A stretch of 64,000 bases of DNA. Origin: an uncultured Gemmatimonadaceae bacterium (GTDB lineage: Bacteria; Gemmatimonadota; Gemmatimonadetes; Gemmatimonadales; Gemmatimonadaceae). The first letter of the stretch is position 1, and every line of letters begins with the position of its first letter. Below are positions 60,367 through 64,000 of the stretch, one piece after another. The translations under genes and the position numbers were made by a program. The DNA is taken from contig CAWBOC010000006.1 in the NCBI GenBank assembly GCA_963790305.1, forward strand, positions 288,001 through 352,000. The letters are read 5' to 3'. Under the pieces are notes generated by a model, which was not told the origin of the DNA, did no database searches, and was given only the letters and a program-made list of their open reading frames with translations.

Positions 60367-61749
60367 ATGTGCGGCATATTCGGCGTTCACGGAGTTCCCG
60401 AGGCCACGAACTGCGTGCATCTCGGCCTCTACTCGCTGCAGCATCGCGGTCAGGAGTCGTCGGGCGTCGTCACTGTCGACGAGCACGGCACGGCGCGGGC
60501 GCTGCGGGCCATGGGCCTCGTCTCTGAAGGCATCGACGGCCGCTCACTGAGCGAGCTGCCCGGCGACACCGGCATCGGACATACGCGCTACAGCACTGCC
60601 GGCTCCTCGACGATCGAGAATGCACAGCCCATTCTCGCCCGCTTTCGGGACGGGCACATCGCGCTGGCGCATAACGGCAACATCGTCAACGCCAGCGAGC
60701 TTCGCCGCGAGCTCGAGGATGTGGGCTCGATCTTTACGTCGACGATGGATTCCGAAGTCCTCGTGCACCGGATCGCGCGGTCGCGTCGCGAGAAGCCTGA
60801 CGAGCGGCTGGCCGACGCGCTCGAAGGTGTCGAAGGGGCGTATTCGCTCCTCGTCGTCATTGGCGATACGCTCCTCGCCGCGCGCGATCCTCGCGGATGG
60901 CGTCCGCTCGTGCTCGGCCGCCTCGGCGAGGGCTGGGTCGTTGCGTCGGAAACGTGCGCCCTCGACCTCGTGGGCGCGACCTTCGAGCGCGACATCGAGC
61001 GCGGAGAGATCGTCACCATCGACCGCGACGGGATCCGCTCGACCTTTCCGCACGAAGCCCGCGATCCTCGGAAGTGCGTCTTCGAGTATGTCTACTTCGC
61101 GCGGCCGGACAGCCGCATCTGGGGCGGATCAGTCGACCGTGCCCGCCGCGAGCTGGGGCGTCAGCTCGCGCGTGAGCAACCGGCGCCTAACGCGGATCTC
61201 GTGTTCGCGGTCCCGGACTCCGCGAACTCGGCGGCGGTTGGGTACGCAGAGCAGTCCGAGTTGCCCTTCGAGCTCGCGCTCATCCGCAACCATTACGTCG
61301 GGCGGACTTTCATCCAGCCGTCGCAGACCGGACGCGACGCGAAGGTGAGGGTGAAGTACAATGCCGTTCGCGAAGTACTCAACGGCAAGCGCGTCGTCAT
61401 GGTCGACGATTCGATCGTGCGCGGCACCACCACGCGGGGCCTCGTCGCATTGGTCAGATCCGCCGGCGCGCGTGAGGTTCACATGCGCGTGAGCTCGCAC
61501 CCGATCACCGGGCCGTGCTATTATGGCATCGACACTCCGTCCCGTGAGGAGCTCATCGCCGCCAATCTCGGCGTCGAGGACATTGCGCGGCACATCGGCG
61601 TCGACTCGCTCGGGTATCTCTCGCTCGAAGGCATGCTGGGTGCTGTGCCCGGCGGGCCAGACGGATTCTGCCACGCCTGCTTCTCCGGCGACTACCCTAC
61701 CCCGCCTCCAGCGGACCCGAACAAGCTTCGCTTCGGCTGCGGGTGCTGA
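60367..61749 (+). CDS. purF: Amidophosphoribosyltransferase
   Basis: MCGIFG, LQHRGQES, GHTRYST, AHNGN, CVFEYVYFARPDS, VDDSIVRGTT, PCYYGID, CHACFSGDYP. Confidence 0.97.
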   Translation: MCGIFGVHGVPEATNCVHLGLYSLQHRGQESSGVVTVDEHGTARALRAMGLVSEGIDGRSLSELPGDTGIGHTRYSTAGSSTIENAQPILARFRDGHIALAHNGNIVNASELRRELEDVGSIFTSTMDSEVLVHRIARSRREKPDERLADALEGVEGAYSLLVVIGDTLLAARDPRGWRPLVLGRLGEGWVVASETCALDLVGATFERDIERGEIVTIDRDGIRSTFPHEARDPRKCVFEYVYFARPDSRIWGGSVDRARRELGRQLAREQPAPNADLVFAVPDSANSAAVGYAEQSELPFELALIRNHYVGRTFIQPSQTGRDAKVRVKYNAVREVLNGKRVVMVDDSIVRGTTTRGLVALVRSAGAREVHMRVSSHPITGPCYYGIDTPSREELIAANLGVEDIARHIGVDSLGYLSLEGMLGAVPGGPDGFCHACFSGDYPTPPPADPNKLRFGCGC

Positions 61750-61759
61750 GGAGAGTGTC

Positions 61760-64000
<2,241 letters not shown>

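Overview
A gene-dense, GC-rich (roughly two-thirds G+C by eye) bacterial chromosomal segment of mostly housekeeping genes. Gene content and order look like Gemmatimonadota, which is an inference. From left to right it holds: an amidohydrolase fragment; rpmA-rplU; RNase E/G with a ~400-nt structured leader; methyltransferase, acyl-CoA dehydrogenase, RecQ, U32 (RlhA-like) protein and a sigma-70 factor; a long minus-strand run (PTS IIA, vanZ, aspS, phoH, 7TM-HD, ybeY, two CNNM/CorC proteins, ABC1 kinase, meaB, B12 acyl-CoA mutase large and small subunits, carboxyltransferase, AtuA, AtuA-like, enoyl-CoA hydratase); an outer-membrane protein plus rlmN; folK-panB-panC followed by a degenerate GlmU homologue, yqeK and a LytR_C protein; an NFACT protein; a trp region interleaved with signalling genes (GAF protein, trpD, lexA, trpC-F-B, HEAT protein, HD-GYP protein, trpA, membrane-GAF-MCP); and truA-tal-htrA-purB-purC-psd-pssA-purS-purQ-purL-purF-ppdK. 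No mobile element, CRISPR array, tRNA or rRNA was seen. The most interesting signals are: (1) a candidate LexA operator, TTCGG-N6-TTCGG in two copies, placed on the lexA promoter; (2) a HEAT/HD-GYP pair sharing an unnamed N-terminal domain, inserted inside the trp operon with an unusual chemoreceptor; (3) a B12 mutase carrying the isobutyryl-CoA mutase Phe/Gln signature inside an AtuA/carboxyltransferase cluster; (4) six single-base frameshifts, all at an AGATG/CATCT context, suggesting modification-linked long-read errors; (5) a family of 7-mer and 9-mer tandem/inverted repeat elements; (6) apparently catalytically dead GlmU and transaldolase homologues. All calls come from reading the sequence; no searches were run.
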